Below are positions 45,770 to 56,826 of a stretch of DNA of 64,000 nt, one piece after another. Location: the NCBI GenBank assembly GCA_043797125.1, contig JAZDPX010000013.1, positions 73,180 to 137,179 of the forward strand, written 5' to 3'. The DNA comes from Candidatus Omnitrophota bacterium. GTDB lineage: Bacteria; Omnitrophota; Gorgyraeia; JABMRG01; JAFGKX01. The stretch's first letter is position 1, and each line of letters opens with the position of its first letter. The notes beneath the pieces were generated by a model, which was not told where the DNA came from, searched no databases, and saw only the letters and a program-made list of their open reading frames with translations. The translations under genes were made by a program, and so were the position numbers.

Positions 45770-47212
45770 TTATGGGATGTATGCGAAATTTTTAAACTGC
45801 CATATGTCTTCGGTGTCGGGCTTTGCATCAAGGTTTTCCTTAAAGAACGTTTTTCTGTTCTTTAGGGGGGTCCAGTCGGATGGCATAGATACAAATTGCC
45901 CGAGATAGGGCTTTGCGGTTTTTAAAATAAAATCATGCGGCAGGTCATCGGGCAGATGGAAACCTGTTCTGGGATTTTCCAGCATCCACATCAACGCGCT
46001 TATAACTCCCATAGCAACCTGAATGGTTGTTGCGTTCTGCCCGGCGATAAGCTGGCGCGCTCTGTCTATCGTTAAGACGCTTCCTGTCCACCATGAATTA
46101 TACTCATGGCCCATTAGTAACGCGCCAAGAATATCAGCTCCGGAGGTAATATCGTCAAACATTATTCTAATCCTTGGCTGAAGTTCGTGGTTCCTGCACC
46201 TAAGCTCGTGCAGCGACGAAAGGGTTTCGTGGCATGTCATATAGGCATAATGGACCGTCGGCCGATAAATTGCCTTGCCGTTTTCCCATACTGTCCATTT
46301 GTCGGAAATGCCGAATGCTTCGCCGTGGCGTATAACCATTCCCACAATCTCTTCGTTAGGAATCCATGAACGCACCCATGTGTTCATGCCCATCTGCGAC
46401 AAGAAAATCTGATTTTTAGGCCCTGACGGCGGGACATGCGCATATTTGGGAAGTTGTTTTTCGTGCGTTCCCCAGCCCATTTCAGCCGGGGCTGTGCCTT
46501 CTTCTCTTAGGCCTTCAATACTCCATGTTCCCACAAACTCATCGACTTCCTTCGGCCTGTTTGTTATCTGCGTATCGCGCTCAGAGCAGTGAATTACCTT
46601 TATTCCTATCTCCATAGCCAACTTTCCGAATTCTTTATCTTTTATAAGGTCTTTGAGCATTTGCGGGTCTTTGGCCTTGTTGTCCGCGATTAATTGCTGC
46701 GTTATATCAACTACGCCTTGTTTGGCAAAATGCGAAATAAGCCCGGGATTTGCGCCGTGGTCTACAATGCAGGTTGTTGCGTTATTCCAACCCTCTGTAA
46801 GGTCTCTTAAAAGCATCTGCCTGTAGTATAACGACTTTTGATACGGCGAAGCTGAAAGCATTGTCCTCCTCGGGTCCCATTCTTCAACCGACGTATTTAT
46901 ATATAAAACCTCGTTCTCGTGGCACCATTTTAAAATATCACAGCATTCGATATTCCACGCAAGATCTATGCACAGGCCTCCGCGCTCAAGATATTTTGAA
47001 AGGATATCGTTTAAATTGTTTTTTGCAATCTTTTCGCAGCAGTATTTTACCCCTTTAGATATCCATTCCTTCAGGGCTTCGTGCTTATCCGCAAAATCTA
47101 TTATTGTTATGTTTTTGTAAGGAATCTCGACGTGCCTTAATAAGAGGGGAAGCGTGCATTTAGATACTGACCCGTAACCGATTATCAATACTTTTTTTTC
47201 GAATTTCTTCAT
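45770..47212 (-). CDS. hss: Homospermidine synthase (saccharopine-dehydrogenase-like, NAD-dependent).
   Basis: 480 aa. Rossmann N-terminus KKVLIIGYGSVSKCTLPLLLRHV resembling the HSS GFGSIGRGTLPLIERH. Length matches HSS (about 470-480 aa) rather than carboxynorspermidine dehydrogenase (about 400 aa). Confidence 0.6.
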   Translation of the reverse strand: MKKFEKKVLIIGYGSVSKCTLPLLLRHVEIPYKNITIIDFADKHEALKEWISKGVKYCCEKIAKNNLNDILSKYLERGGLCIDLAWNIECCDILKWCHENEVLYINTSVEEWDPRRTMLSASPYQKSLYYRQMLLRDLTEGWNNATTCIVDHGANPGLISHFAKQGVVDITQQLIADNKAKDPQMLKDLIKDKEFGKLAMEIGIKVIHCSERDTQITNRPKEVDEFVGTWSIEGLREEGTAPAEMGWGTHEKQLPKYAHVPPSGPKNQIFLSQMGMNTWVRSWIPNEEIVGMVIRHGEAFGISDKWTVWENGKAIYRPTVHYAYMTCHETLSSLHELRCRNHELQPRIRIMFDDITSGADILGALLMGHEYNSWWTGSVLTIDRARQLIAGQNATTIQVAMGVISALMWMLENPRTGFHLPDDLPHDFILKTAKPYLGQFVSMPSDWTPLKNRKTFFKENLDAKPDTEDIWQFKNFAYIP

Positions 47213-47364
47213 TTGCCCTTTGGGCCCTCCTTAGTATTATAAAATTTATTTTCAAAAAAATTATTTACTTTGTCTTTATAATCATTCTATATATAATAAA
47301 AATAAAATGCAAGAAAAAAATTTACTTTATTAAAGATTTTAGCGGAATGTTTTATTTTTGTGAT

Positions 47365-47455
47365 GGGTCAACTCTTGAAAGGTCTTTAGACGTAGCGGAG
47401 GCTTAAGCCTCCGCTACGTCTAAGTCGAGGTACTTATAATGACTGAACTACTACC
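47365..47455 (+). repeat. Palindromic MITE/REP-like element, full-length copy with degenerate left end.
   Basis: gggtcaactcttgaaaggtctttagacgtagcggaggcTTAAgcctccgctacgtctaagtcgaggtacttataatgactgaactactacc. Confidence 0.8.
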
Positions 47456-47470
47456 AACATTATTACCTGT

Positions 47471-47839
47471 TTACCTCGCTACAATTTCCGTTGCTACCTT
47501 TTGGCCTTCGGCATTTACCTGATATTTTACTGCAACGTTCTGACCGACCGTTAAATCAGTAAGGTTTATTGCGTATAGGTTCTGCTTGACAACGGTTGTG
47601 CTTGCAACTTTAATTGTAATCTTTTCCGAAGCAGGGCTGTTTTCCGCAGCTTTAGTGCTAACAACCAAGGATGACGCGTCGGAGGCGATAGAAACAACGC
47701 TGCCGACAATTTCTCCCGTTACTACCGCTGCTGCGGGAACTTCTTCTGTTAAAACTGCCACATCTTCAGAATATGCGAACTGTAATCCGCCAACCAAAGA
47801 TGCCGCCAAAAATATAATTAATCCGATATTCCTTTTCAT
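47471..47839 (-). CDS. Small secreted hypothetical protein, 122 aa, last gene of the MacAB-TolC operon.
   Basis: Signal MKRNIGLIIFLAASLVGGLQFAYS. Ala/Val/Thr-rich beta-type sequence. Confidence 0.45.
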   Translation of the reverse strand: MKRNIGLIIFLAASLVGGLQFAYSEDVAVLTEEVPAAAVVTGEIVGSVVSIASDASSLVVSTKAAENSPASEKITIKVASTTVVKQNLYAINLTDLTVGQNVAVKYQVNAEGQKVATEIVAR

Positions 47840-47919
47840 GTTATGTCACCTCCTCTCTTCTTACTTACTATATTTTGTTATTCTATGTTTTTATTGTACC
47901 TTTTGTCAAGCCTTATCGG

Positions 47920-49878
47920 TTACTCATATCTTAACGCCTCGATTGGATTAAGCTCCGATGCCTTTTTTGCGGGCCATAGCCCGAAAAACATCCCAACGGC
48001 AATTGAAAACCCGGATGCAAGAATAATGTTTGAAATTGTCACTTTGGTAGCCCAGCCGGCCAAAAACGATAATATTGCGGACGCTGCCACGCCAAGTGCC
48101 ATTCCCATAATACCGCCGCTTAAAGTCATTGCAATCGATTCAATAAGAAACTGCGTCATAATATCATTGGCCCTGGCGCCTACTGCCTTGCGCAATCCGA
48201 TTTCGCGCGTGCGTTCTGTTACAGAAACAAGCATTATGTTCATTATCCCTATGCCGCCAACCAAAAGCGATATAGCGGCGATACACCCCAAGAGAATGCT
48301 CATGGTCCGAGTCGTGCTGGTTAGCATTTGCTGAATTTCGCTCATATCGCGCATGTGGAAATAATCGTCCGGATCTTTATATATGCGGTGTCGTTTTACT
48401 ATAAGCTGCTTTATTTTATCTTGCGCTTCTTTCATCGAGTCTACATCGTTTACTTCAGCATAAATACCGCCCAAATAATCCTTACCTAGCACCCTGTACA
48501 TGGCTGTTGTTACCGGGATATAAACGACATCGTTTTGGTCGTGCCATCCGCCGGAGCCTTTTTCCGGCGCAATTCCAATTACTTTAAAATTTATGCGGTT
48601 TATTTTTATTGTCTCGCCGACAGGGTTGACATTTCCAAAAAGTTTCTCTATCACCGTCAATCCTATTATCGCTACTTTATCGCGCCGCGTTATTTCTTCC
48701 TGGGTAAACCATCTGCCGATTTTAGGTACGCTTGCGCGCATCTCGCCGTAATCATATCCCACCCCTTCAATGCTTGTATTCCAGTTTCCGTTTTTATACA
48801 CGGCTTGAGCGCTGCCATTCGCATAACCCGTTACTTTCTTCACTAAAGGTTTTAAGCCTCTGATGGCGTCGACATCTCTCCATGTAAGGCGTGTCATGGT
48901 TCCTGCGCCTTGAGATACGCCTCCGTGTCTTGCTGAGCCGCCCTCAATCGACAGAAGATTGGAGCCAAGCGTCTTAAGCCGCTCCTGAATAGATGCGCTG
49001 GCGCCTTGACCCAAGGCAAGCATCGCTATTACCGCGGCAACACCGAATAAAATACCGAGCATCGAAAGAAATGACCTGACTTTATTCGAAAAAATCGCCC
49101 TAAACGACTGGCGTATATGCTCCAGCAATTCGACTTTGCTAAAATGCGCGTGTACAGAATTGAGTATTTTACCAACCGATACCTTACTATCACCGGCTAT
49201 CCTGGCCGCTGCCTTGGTTTCATCCGAAATAATTTCTCCGTCGCGCATTTTTATAATTCTTTTTGCGTGTTGCGCTATTTCCTGCTCGTGGGTAACCATT
49301 ACGATTGTCTTGCCTTGTTCGTTTAGGGTTTTAAGGATTTTGATAATCTCTTCTTCGCTTTTGGTATCAAGGTTTCCTGTGGGTTCGTCGGCAAAGATTA
49401 TCATGGGCTCGTTAACGAGAGAGCGCGCTATGGCAACTCTCTGTTGCTCGCCTCCTGATAGCTCGCTTGGTATATGGTTTAAACGTTTTGCGAGGCCGAC
49501 TGATTCCAGCTTCTGCCGCGCCTTTTCAATTACGCTTTTTTTACCGGAATAAATAAGGGGCAGTTCTACATTTTCAAGCGCGCTGGTTCTGCGAAGTAAA
49601 TGAAATTGCTGAAACACAAAACCCGCTAATTTGTTTCTTAAATATGCAAGTTCATCGTCGGATAACTGCGAAATATCTGTTCCAAAAATTTTGTACGTGC
49701 CTCTATCCGGACGGTCTAAAAAACCTAATATGTGAAGAAGTGTTGATTTGCCGGAACCCGAAGGCCCCATTACCGCCACAAATTCACCTTGCGAAATGGC
49801 CATAGACACATTCTTTAATGCGGCAACCGAAGCCTGCTCTTTTCCATATGTCTTGGATAAATTCTTTAGCTCTATCAT
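47920..49878 (-). CDS. macB: MacB-type ABC transporter, fused ATPase and FtsX-like permease.
   Basis: 652 aa. Walker [10 protein letters not shown], signature [13 protein letters not shown], Walker [13 protein letters not shown]. Four-TM FtsX C-terminal domain with a large periplasmic loop. Confidence 0.85.
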   Translation of the reverse strand: MIELKNLSKTYGKEQASVAALKNVSMAISQGEFVAVMGPSGSGKSTLLHILGFLDRPDRGTYKIFGTDISQLSDDELAYLRNKLAGFVFQQFHLLRRTSALENVELPLIYSGKKSVIEKARQKLESVGLAKRLNHIPSELSGGEQQRVAIARSLVNEPMIIFADEPTGNLDTKSEEEIIKILKTLNEQGKTIVMVTHEQEIAQHAKRIIKMRDGEIISDETKAAARIAGDSKVSVGKILNSVHAHFSKVELLEHIRQSFRAIFSNKVRSFLSMLGILFGVAAVIAMLALGQGASASIQERLKTLGSNLLSIEGGSARHGGVSQGAGTMTRLTWRDVDAIRGLKPLVKKVTGYANGSAQAVYKNGNWNTSIEGVGYDYGEMRASVPKIGRWFTQEEITRRDKVAIIGLTVIEKLFGNVNPVGETIKINRINFKVIGIAPEKGSGGWHDQNDVVYIPVTTAMYRVLGKDYLGGIYAEVNDVDSMKEAQDKIKQLIVKRHRIYKDPDDYFHMRDMSEIQQMLTSTTRTMSILLGCIAAISLLVGGIGIMNIMLVSVTERTREIGLRKAVGARANDIMTQFLIESIAMTLSGGIMGMALGVAASAILSFLAGWATKVTISNIILASGFSIAVGMFFGLWPAKKASELNPIEALRYE

Positions 49879-50828
49879 CTTCTTCGTGAGGGCATAAACG
49901 GGCTGGTCTTTTCAGCTGCCCTTTTAGGCAAGTAGCCGTTACTATATATTATAACATTGTCCTGCGTTGTTAATCCCGAAAGGACTTCAACTGTCTTTTC
50001 GTTGCTTAATCCTATTGTAATGTTACGCTCGGAGGGTTTTTTGTATCCCTGCTCCACTAACACAAATTGCCGTTCGCCATCGTAATGAACTGCGTTGGAA
50101 GGTATCGTTATGACGTTGGTGCTTTCTTTTTCTACAACATCAACGCTGACACTCATGCCGGAGCGCAAAATTTCAGGCACTTCTTTAGGAAGTATATCGA
50201 CATTATATATGGTGACGTTATTTACAATCTCAGATTCATATGCTATATGGCTGACTACGCCTTCTATCTTTATGTCCGGATATGCATCCAACGTTATAAG
50301 GCTTAGCTGATTAAGCTTAACCCTGCCTATGTCTGTCTCGTCAAATTGAGCGCTTATGATAAGCCTGTCGGATAAAACTAATACAGCATCAGATGTTGTA
50401 ACGGTCTGGCCGGGCTCAAAAGCGCGCACTATTACTTCGCCGTTAATGGGAGATATGATGGGGGTCGTTTTATAAACCTGCTGCCAGTAATTTAACACTT
50501 CCCCGCCTTGCGAACGGGCAGCATCAATAAGCGCGGCCCTTTCCGTTGAACTCATCCACGCTAATATGTCACCTTCTTTAACAAGGCCTCCTTCGTTAAC
50601 CAATATGCTTTCTATTCTGCCGCCTATCGAGGGTTTAATTTCAAGGCGGTTCTGCGGCTCGACTATGCCTGTGGCGCTGACCGTCACCGCGATATCCTGC
50701 TGGACCGGATTGATTATCTCAGGCGTGCCGTTTTCCTGCTTGACGGATTTGCGCGAATAAATAAGCGCCGACGCTACCACTATTACAAAAAATAAAACTA
50801 TGGCTATTTTATATTTATTCTTCATCAT
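49875..50828 (-). CDS. macA: MacA/HlyD-family periplasmic adaptor (membrane fusion protein).
   Basis: 317 aa. N-terminal TM anchor. Lipoyl and beta-barrel segments. 4-nt overlap with macB. Confidence 0.7.
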   Translation of the reverse strand: MMKNKYKIAIVLFFVIVVASALIYSRKSVKQENGTPEIINPVQQDIAVTVSATGIVEPQNRLEIKPSIGGRIESILVNEGGLVKEGDILAWMSSTERAALIDAARSQGGEVLNYWQQVYKTTPIISPINGEVIVRAFEPGQTVTTSDAVLVLSDRLIISAQFDETDIGRVKLNQLSLITLDAYPDIKIEGVVSHIAYESEIVNNVTIYNVDILPKEVPEILRSGMSVSVDVVEKESTNVITIPSNAVHYDGERQFVLVEQGYKKPSERNITIGLSNEKTVEVLSGLTTQDNVIIYSNGYLPKRAAEKTSPFMPSRRR

Positions 50829-52095
50829 AGTCTAATGTTCCTCCTATTGCCTGTACCCAATATGCCTCTTTTGTCAGCATATCTGCCTGCGCGTTTAGAA
50901 AAGCCTTTTTGGCATTTACAAGATTATCTTCTATTATCACCCAACTATCGAAAGATATAAGGCCTGTCTCGTACTGGGCGCTTGATATCTTCGCGCGTTC
51001 TTTTGCCGCATTAAGAAACTTCTCCTGCACCGAGACATTGGCTATCGAATCCTGGAAATCTTTCCATGTTGTCTCAAGGGTGACAAGGGCGCTGTCACGG
51101 CCGCTGCGCTGGTCAGCCTGCGCCTGTTTCAATTGGGATTTCGCTTTATAAATTTGCGCTATGCTGCTCGTGCCTTCAAACATCGGGATAGAAACCCTTG
51201 CGGTTGTTGACCATTCATTATCCCGGGGCGGCCATGAGTCATCTGTTTTGCCGACGGAAGCGCCTAAATATACCTTCGGCAGAAGGTTTGCCTGCGCAGA
51301 TTGAAGGTTATAACGCGCGGCGTCTTTTCTGGCTATTAATTCTTTTAAGAAGGGTGAGTTGTCCGCAAAATATTCCAAATCAGGCTTTGCGCTGTATCCC
51401 TCGACAACAGAAAAGTCTCCGCTTACGTTTGCCTGTATCATTTTATCAAGCCCGAGTTCTTTTGATAGCTCTCTTTGCGCAAGAGAAATGTTTCTTTTGG
51501 CCTGCTCGACCTCAAATTCTGCTTTTGCCAAATCCGCCTGCGCTGTCAAAAGCGCCCCCTTATGTTCCCTGCCCGCTTCGTATCTTAATTCAATGAGCTT
51601 AAGATTCTGCTGCCTGCGTTCGGCTATTTCTTGTGTAATAAAAGTAAGTTCTTGCGTCTTTAGCAATTCGACAAAGGCGCTGCGTAGCTCGAGCCTGATA
51701 TTTGACGATACTACTAAATAATTATATTCCTGGGCGTTAATAAGCTTTACCGCATTTGATATATCGTTTGTGGTTTTAAACCCGTCGAACACCAGCTGTT
51801 CGCCTGTTACGCCAAAAGAGTAATCTTTTGTTTTTGTTTTACCGGCTGTTTTCGATTTTGTCCTCGACCTTGTCCCTGAAACGCTGCCTGTAACCTGCGG
51901 CAATATAGTGGCTATATTTATGTCCTTATCGGACTTTGCCTGTTTTACTTCTTCGGCAGCAGAAATCAAATCTGGGTGATTTTTCTTTGCCTTTTGCACG
52001 CACTCCTGCCAGGTGAGCGGGCCTTGCGCGAACGCAAGGCCTGCGCTTAGGAAATAAAACGATAAAACAAATATGCTTGATATCTTCTTATTCAT
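50815..52095 (-). CDS. TolC-family outer membrane efflux protein.
   Basis: 426 aa. Signal MNKKISSIFVLSFYFLSAGLAFAQ. Duplicated TolC coiled-coil and beta-barrel repeats. Confidence 0.75.
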   Translation of the reverse strand: MNKKISSIFVLSFYFLSAGLAFAQGPLTWQECVQKAKKNHPDLISAAEEVKQAKSDKDINIATILPQVTGSVSGTRSRTKSKTAGKTKTKDYSFGVTGEQLVFDGFKTTNDISNAVKLINAQEYNYLVVSSNIRLELRSAFVELLKTQELTFITQEIAERRQQNLKLIELRYEAGREHKGALLTAQADLAKAEFEVEQAKRNISLAQRELSKELGLDKMIQANVSGDFSVVEGYSAKPDLEYFADNSPFLKELIARKDAARYNLQSAQANLLPKVYLGASVGKTDDSWPPRDNEWSTTARVSIPMFEGTSSIAQIYKAKSQLKQAQADQRSGRDSALVTLETTWKDFQDSIANVSVQEKFLNAAKERAKISSAQYETGLISFDSWVIIEDNLVNAKKAFLNAQADMLTKEAYWVQAIGGTLDYDEE

Positions 52096-52138
52096 GGCTA
52101 CATATACTTAGACAATATAAGGTGGTAAAAAGTTGCGT

Positions 52139-54064
52139 TTATTTTAAAATAGGCAGGTCCAGGGGGGAGATATAATCGCCAAACTGCTTTTGGGCTTTAA
52201 GCAAGCGTTTACGCTGCTGTTTGAGCACCTTAAATAGGGCCTGCGGCGCGTTAAGAACGTTTTCTTTATGAAAATTCTCTACGCGGTCAATCTTGGATAT
52301 GTTTTCAGGAACGCGAATTGTAAATTGCTTTATATAATCTTCTTTTGCATAATCTTTCCGTAAAACTTGTTTAAAAAGATCGCGCAAATCATCATATACC
52401 GGTATAAGGCCTGTCGGGGTTTCTATCGCGGTTACGTCATTATGAATGCGCAGCTCCATCCATTTCACCCACGCGTGCTTGTCCCTGACGCCGTTTAAGA
52501 ATTTACCTTCTTTATCTCTCAAGAAATAATTGACGCCGAAGATAATGGGGGATTTTTTAAGCCTTTTGCCGAATTCCAGGTTATTTTGCACATACTTGCC
52601 TAAGGAAATTGCAACAAAGTCCTGTATGCTCATCAGGTTTATCTCAGGAACCCCTTCTTTGCCTATGGTTGCAAAGGTTGTCTCCGTTTCCAAAGAAGCG
52701 CCGTAAGCAATAATGCCGTGCTCCCAGTCAAAACTTTGTTGAACCGGCACATAGCTTTTTGCGTCCCTTCCGCCGTACATTATGCCGGACAATTCCACGC
52801 CCGTCGGGTTATTTAGCTGCTGGTCAACGCTATCAAGCGCCTGCAGCGCGACAGTATAGCGCGCATTTTTGTGGGCAAGGGGAATTTTATCGCCTTTTGC
52901 ATCTGTTTTGCCTTCATGCCATGCGCCTGAAAAATTTACGCCTTTTTTTGAAATATCGCCGTGCATCCCCAACCAGTACGGCTTGCCGTCCGCTACTAAA
53001 ATATTGGAGAAGATAACCTCTCCGGGGGTGGTAAGCACTTTATAAATAGCTGGGTCGTCAACCGGATTTACATTTTGAATAATTCCGAAGATTCCGGCTT
53101 CCGCATTCACTGCCCGCGCCACGCCGTTAATATTACGAAAATATGCAATGTCATCGCCGACTATTGTCTCGCCGGGAAGCATGGCGGTGGAGGTCTTGCC
53201 GCAGGCGCTTGGAAAAGCGCCGGCTAAATAGGTTTTTCTGTAATTTGGCCCGTGCACTCCCATTAAAAGCATATGCTCTGCGAGCCAGCCTTCCCTGTCT
53301 GCCTTGCGAATGGTAAGCCGTAGCGCAAGTTTCTTAAGGCCAATGGTGTTGCCGGCATATTGGGTATTTACGCTATAAATAGCATCTTCAATATAATCAA
53401 TGTAAATGCGTTTCTTATCCGCATCCGCACTAACCATATCTTCGTTCATTCTGCCTGCTGAATGCAATATACAAAATGGTTTTGATTCTGCCGTTTTTTT
53501 GGTAAACATGTTGTAGGCCGGCCTGTAAAGAAGGGACTTGCTATGAGCAACATACCACGAATCAGTACACTGCACGCAGGGAATACTAAATACAGAATCA
53601 GCAGGCCCCAGCGAAAGAAAACGCACAATCATGGTGCGGCCTTTCATGCTGGCCTTAAGAAGGCCCTTTATCTCTTTTAATCCCTCTTCTCTTTCTATCT
53701 GATTAAGGCTTTTGCTCAGGGTATCATTTTTTGGCACAAGGTATTTAGTAACTTCCCTGTCCCTGCCTTGGTCATCAATGCCGTCGAAGTGGTAAGTATG
53801 TCCCTGTGTTGCCAGAGGTTTTTCTTCTTTGTTTGAAATGGCCTGCTGGCGCACAAATGCTATATCCGCGTAAGAATCGCCGCAAATAAATATATCTTTT
53901 GGGCAACAAAGCTGGGCTGATTCCGCGATAAACCGCACAACGCTTTCAGCGCTTATTGCGGACAGCTTCTTGTAATTGGCTTCGTCTAATTTAGGTCTTA
54001 ATATTTTAGAATAATTTTCAAGCATTGCGTACATCCCATCCTTTGCGATACTGTAAAAAACCAT
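52139..54064 (-). CDS. pckG: Phosphoenolpyruvate carboxykinase (GTP).
   Basis: 641 aa. Kinase-1a FPSACGKTSTAML. EGWLAEHMLLMG. Overall length typical of GTP-PEPCK. Confidence 0.85.
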   Translation of the reverse strand: MVFYSIAKDGMYAMLENYSKILRPKLDEANYKKLSAISAESVVRFIAESAQLCCPKDIFICGDSYADIAFVRQQAISNKEEKPLATQGHTYHFDGIDDQGRDREVTKYLVPKNDTLSKSLNQIEREEGLKEIKGLLKASMKGRTMIVRFLSLGPADSVFSIPCVQCTDSWYVAHSKSLLYRPAYNMFTKKTAESKPFCILHSAGRMNEDMVSADADKKRIYIDYIEDAIYSVNTQYAGNTIGLKKLALRLTIRKADREGWLAEHMLLMGVHGPNYRKTYLAGAFPSACGKTSTAMLPGETIVGDDIAYFRNINGVARAVNAEAGIFGIIQNVNPVDDPAIYKVLTTPGEVIFSNILVADGKPYWLGMHGDISKKGVNFSGAWHEGKTDAKGDKIPLAHKNARYTVALQALDSVDQQLNNPTGVELSGIMYGGRDAKSYVPVQQSFDWEHGIIAYGASLETETTFATIGKEGVPEINLMSIQDFVAISLGKYVQNNLEFGKRLKKSPIIFGVNYFLRDKEGKFLNGVRDKHAWVKWMELRIHNDVTAIETPTGLIPVYDDLRDLFKQVLRKDYAKEDYIKQFTIRVPENISKIDRVENFHKENVLNAPQALFKVLKQQRKRLLKAQKQFGDYISPLDLPILK

Positions 54065-54075
54065 GCTGACATTTA

Positions 54076-54172
54076 TGTATACGCAGATTAGCGCAGATGA
54101 AAAGATGCAAGATGATCACAGATATAAAATCTGCGATCATCTGTATCTTCTAATCTGTGATTATCTGTGCAA
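54076..54172 (-). repeat. Repeat family B, copy 2 (~95 nt). Inverted relative to copy 1. Lies in the pckG promoter region.
   Basis: acgcagattagcgcagatgaaaagatgcaagatgatcacagatataaaatctgcgatcatctgtatcttctaatctgtgattatctgtgc. Its reverse complement aligns at about 85% identity to 22991-23090. Confidence 0.75.
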
Positions 54173-54224
54173 AAAGTCAGCAAGATTTTTGGCGTTATCT
54201 CCTTTGCGCCCCTCGCTAAATAAT

Positions 54225-55403
54225 CTATTCCTCCGGCAGCAATATCTTTGTACCAAGTATAAGCTTGTCGGGATTTTTGATATTTTCTTTGTTAAGATTG
54301 TAAATCTCTTTCCAGCGGTTACCGTCTCCTAATTGTTTCTTTGCGATTTTCCATAAGGAATCGTCTTTGGCAATAACATATGTGCGTTTTACAGAAGCGG
54401 GCGATTCCTCATCTTGCTGCTGCTGTTCAATGGGTATCATTATAACCGTACCTGCCTCTATCGCGTCCGGGTCTTTAATATTCTCCTTATTAAATTCGTA
54501 AAGATATTTCCATCTACGCTCTGCGCCTAATTGCACCTTGGCTATTTTTTTAAGCGTATCGCCCTCTTTTACAACATATTCTTTTGTTGAAACTTTAATT
54601 TCTGATTCAACATCTAAATTTTCCTCTACGGTATATTCTCCGTCGCCGATAGGCGTCGCGCCCATCTCTTTAAGTTCGCCTTCGTACGGAATCATTATCT
54701 CCTCTACCTCCGCTATCATAAATTGCGCGTTTCTGTCTTTCTGCATGCCTACAAGGTCGGTTATGTGGGCGACTGCGTCTAATTTTCCGCGGCTGACTAT
54801 CTTGATACGGCCTTGTGTGATTCCGTTTTCCAGCATAAAATTTTTCACCGTTTCTCCGCGGCGCTTGCCCAGCTTCTCGTTGTACGCTTCGGTGCCGCGT
54901 ATGTCGCAATTGCCTGTTATCAGAATGCTTGTCTCGGGGTTTCTTTTTAAGGTGCCTACCGCGCCTGATAAGATTTCCGAGGCATCGTCGCGCAAATCGG
55001 CTTTATCATAGTCAAAATAGATTTTTACGTTTTTCATTATTTTCTTTATAAGCAAGGAGGGCCGAAGCTCCTGCTGTTTTGGGGCAGGGAGCTCTTCTTC
55101 CTTGTAATCAAAAATGATTTTATTCACGTAAATATAGCCTCTGTTGCCCCAGGGGCGCATTGTCCCCGGGTTTGTAGGCCACCACCAATAGCCGCTTCGT
55201 TGGTCGTCTTTCACCGGAGCTGGTGTTGCATCTGTAGGCCACCACGTAAACTGCTTTTGCTGCTGGTCGGTTTGTTTTTGCCGGCTTGCCTCTTTATCAA
55301 CCAGCAAATTCTCCCATAACGCAAAGGCATCGGATGCAGATAATAATATTATAGTTATAAGCAGGTATCTAAGAGCCGCCTTAAAATTTAGTTTTTTTGC
55401 CAT
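54225..55403 (-). CDS. OmpA-family peptidoglycan-binding protein with two C-terminal LysM domains.
   Basis: 392 aa. Signal peptide. OmpA_C motif ILITGNCDIRGTEAYNEKLGKRRGETV. Two LysM repeats, YVVKEGDTLKKIAK... and YVIAKDDSLWKIAK.... Confidence 0.8.
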   Translation of the reverse strand: MAKKLNFKAALRYLLITIILLSASDAFALWENLLVDKEASRQKQTDQQQKQFTWWPTDATPAPVKDDQRSGYWWWPTNPGTMRPWGNRGYIYVNKIIFDYKEEELPAPKQQELRPSLLIKKIMKNVKIYFDYDKADLRDDASEILSGAVGTLKRNPETSILITGNCDIRGTEAYNEKLGKRRGETVKNFMLENGITQGRIKIVSRGKLDAVAHITDLVGMQKDRNAQFMIAEVEEIMIPYEGELKEMGATPIGDGEYTVEENLDVESEIKVSTKEYVVKEGDTLKKIAKVQLGAERRWKYLYEFNKENIKDPDAIEAGTVIMIPIEQQQQDEESPASVKRTYVIAKDDSLWKIAKKQLGDGNRWKEIYNLNKENIKNPDKLILGTKILLPEE

Positions 55404-55475
55404 AACGACCTCCCTGCCTGCCGGCAGGCAGGCTTTCTTTATTCTAATAGTAATACTTCATTTTTTATTAAACTA

Positions 55476-55509
55476 AGATGTAGCGCAGGCTTAAGCCTGC
55501 GCTACATCT
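55476..55509 (+). repeat. Palindrome-only short copy of the MITE/REP-like family.
   Basis: agatgtagcgcaggcTTAAgcctgcgctacatct. Confidence 0.65.
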
Positions 55510-55551
55510 ATTACAATCTTATAGGTAAGCGAAAGACATATTAACATATAT

Positions 55552-56826
55552 CTAACTGATACTCAAGCGTAAAATTACAACCGTTTCTATATGCGGGGTA
55601 TGCGGGAAAAAATCATAACATGATATGCTTTTAAGGTTATACGCTCTAAGCAGTTTTTTTAAATCTCTTGCAAGCGTGGCCGGATTACAGGATATATAAC
55701 AAAGAGCCGGCGCTGGCTTTTCCAGTATGCTGTTTATGATAATATCTGAAAGCCCTTTTCTCGGGGGGTCCATTATCACTAAGTGCGGCCTTTTTTGCAG
55801 CAGCTCATTAATCGCTTTTTCGCAGGGGTTTTTATTAACAGCAAAATTGGGGATATTATTCAGCAATATGTTCTTTTTTAGAAAATAAACGTTTTCCCTC
55901 TGCGATTCGACCCCTGTCATGCGCTTTGCCTTATGCGCCAAAAGAATGCCGAATGTCCCTACGCCGCAATATAAATCCAGGATCTCGTGCTTAGTATCCG
56001 GCGAAAGTGAATTCTCAAGGTCGCTTGCCAGCTTCTCTAACATTGATAAATTCACCTGGAAGAAAGATTCTGCCCCGACATGGAATACTTTGCCGTTTAT
56101 GCTTTCTGTCAGGAAGCTGTCACCCCACACGCTGAATTTTTCGCCGCTCTCCTTAATAATATATACTATGCCTTTGATAAAACCGGGCGTATTATCTTTG
56201 CTTATATCAAGAAGCTGTTCTTTATTTTCCTCTTTCAATTTTCCGTAGAGCGCTAATAAAACTTCCTTTTTGCTGTTCTGGCGTATTGTAACTTCTTCTA
56301 TAAAATCAAGGCTGTTTTTTTGCATAACATCGATTAGAAAATCCATTGCGCTGTTGGTTTCTTCCGGCGCGAGAAAACATTCCTTTACCGCGCTTGGGCT
56401 TGTGTCTTCTTCAAAAGACACGTATGCAAAGCTATAAAGCCCGCCTTTACGCACAACGCGCAAAGATATCTTATTTCTGTATCCCCAGATTACCGGCGAA
56501 GGGTTAAAAATAATATTCGGCTTTTCTATTTTAAGGTCGTGGCTGAATGTTTCTCTTATTTGAGCCTCCTTAATCCTAACCTGCTCTTTGTAATCTATGT
56601 ATTGGTAGGGCGAACATATCCTGTAATGAGCGCATCGCGGCTCTATTCTGTGGACAGAGCTAAGCTTTACTGTTTTTGTCTTGGCCTCTGTGTAATTTTT
56701 TCTTTCCTTAATAACCTCGATTTCAACAGTCTCCTGCGCAAGGCCTTCATCCGTAATAATGACCTTTCCTTCCTGCCTGGAAATGCTTTTCCCGGGATAT
56801 ATAATTTTATCTATCTTGATATCCAT
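55552..56826 (-). CDS. rlmD: 23S rRNA (uracil-C5)-methyltransferase, RlmD/RumA family (TRAM plus Fe-S plus MTase).
   Basis: 424 aa. TRAM N-terminus. Cys cluster RCAHYRICSP. SAM motif DLYCGVGTFG. Catalytic CYISCNPATLARDL. Confidence 0.85.
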   Translation of the reverse strand: MDIKIDKIIYPGKSISRQEGKVIITDEGLAQETVEIEVIKERKNYTEAKTKTVKLSSVHRIEPRCAHYRICSPYQYIDYKEQVRIKEAQIRETFSHDLKIEKPNIIFNPSPVIWGYRNKISLRVVRKGGLYSFAYVSFEEDTSPSAVKECFLAPEETNSAMDFLIDVMQKNSLDFIEEVTIRQNSKKEVLLALYGKLKEENKEQLLDISKDNTPGFIKGIVYIIKESGEKFSVWGDSFLTESINGKVFHVGAESFFQVNLSMLEKLASDLENSLSPDTKHEILDLYCGVGTFGILLAHKAKRMTGVESQRENVYFLKKNILLNNIPNFAVNKNPCEKAINELLQKRPHLVIMDPPRKGLSDIIINSILEKPAPALCYISCNPATLARDLKKLLRAYNLKSISCYDFFPHTPHIETVVILRLSIS

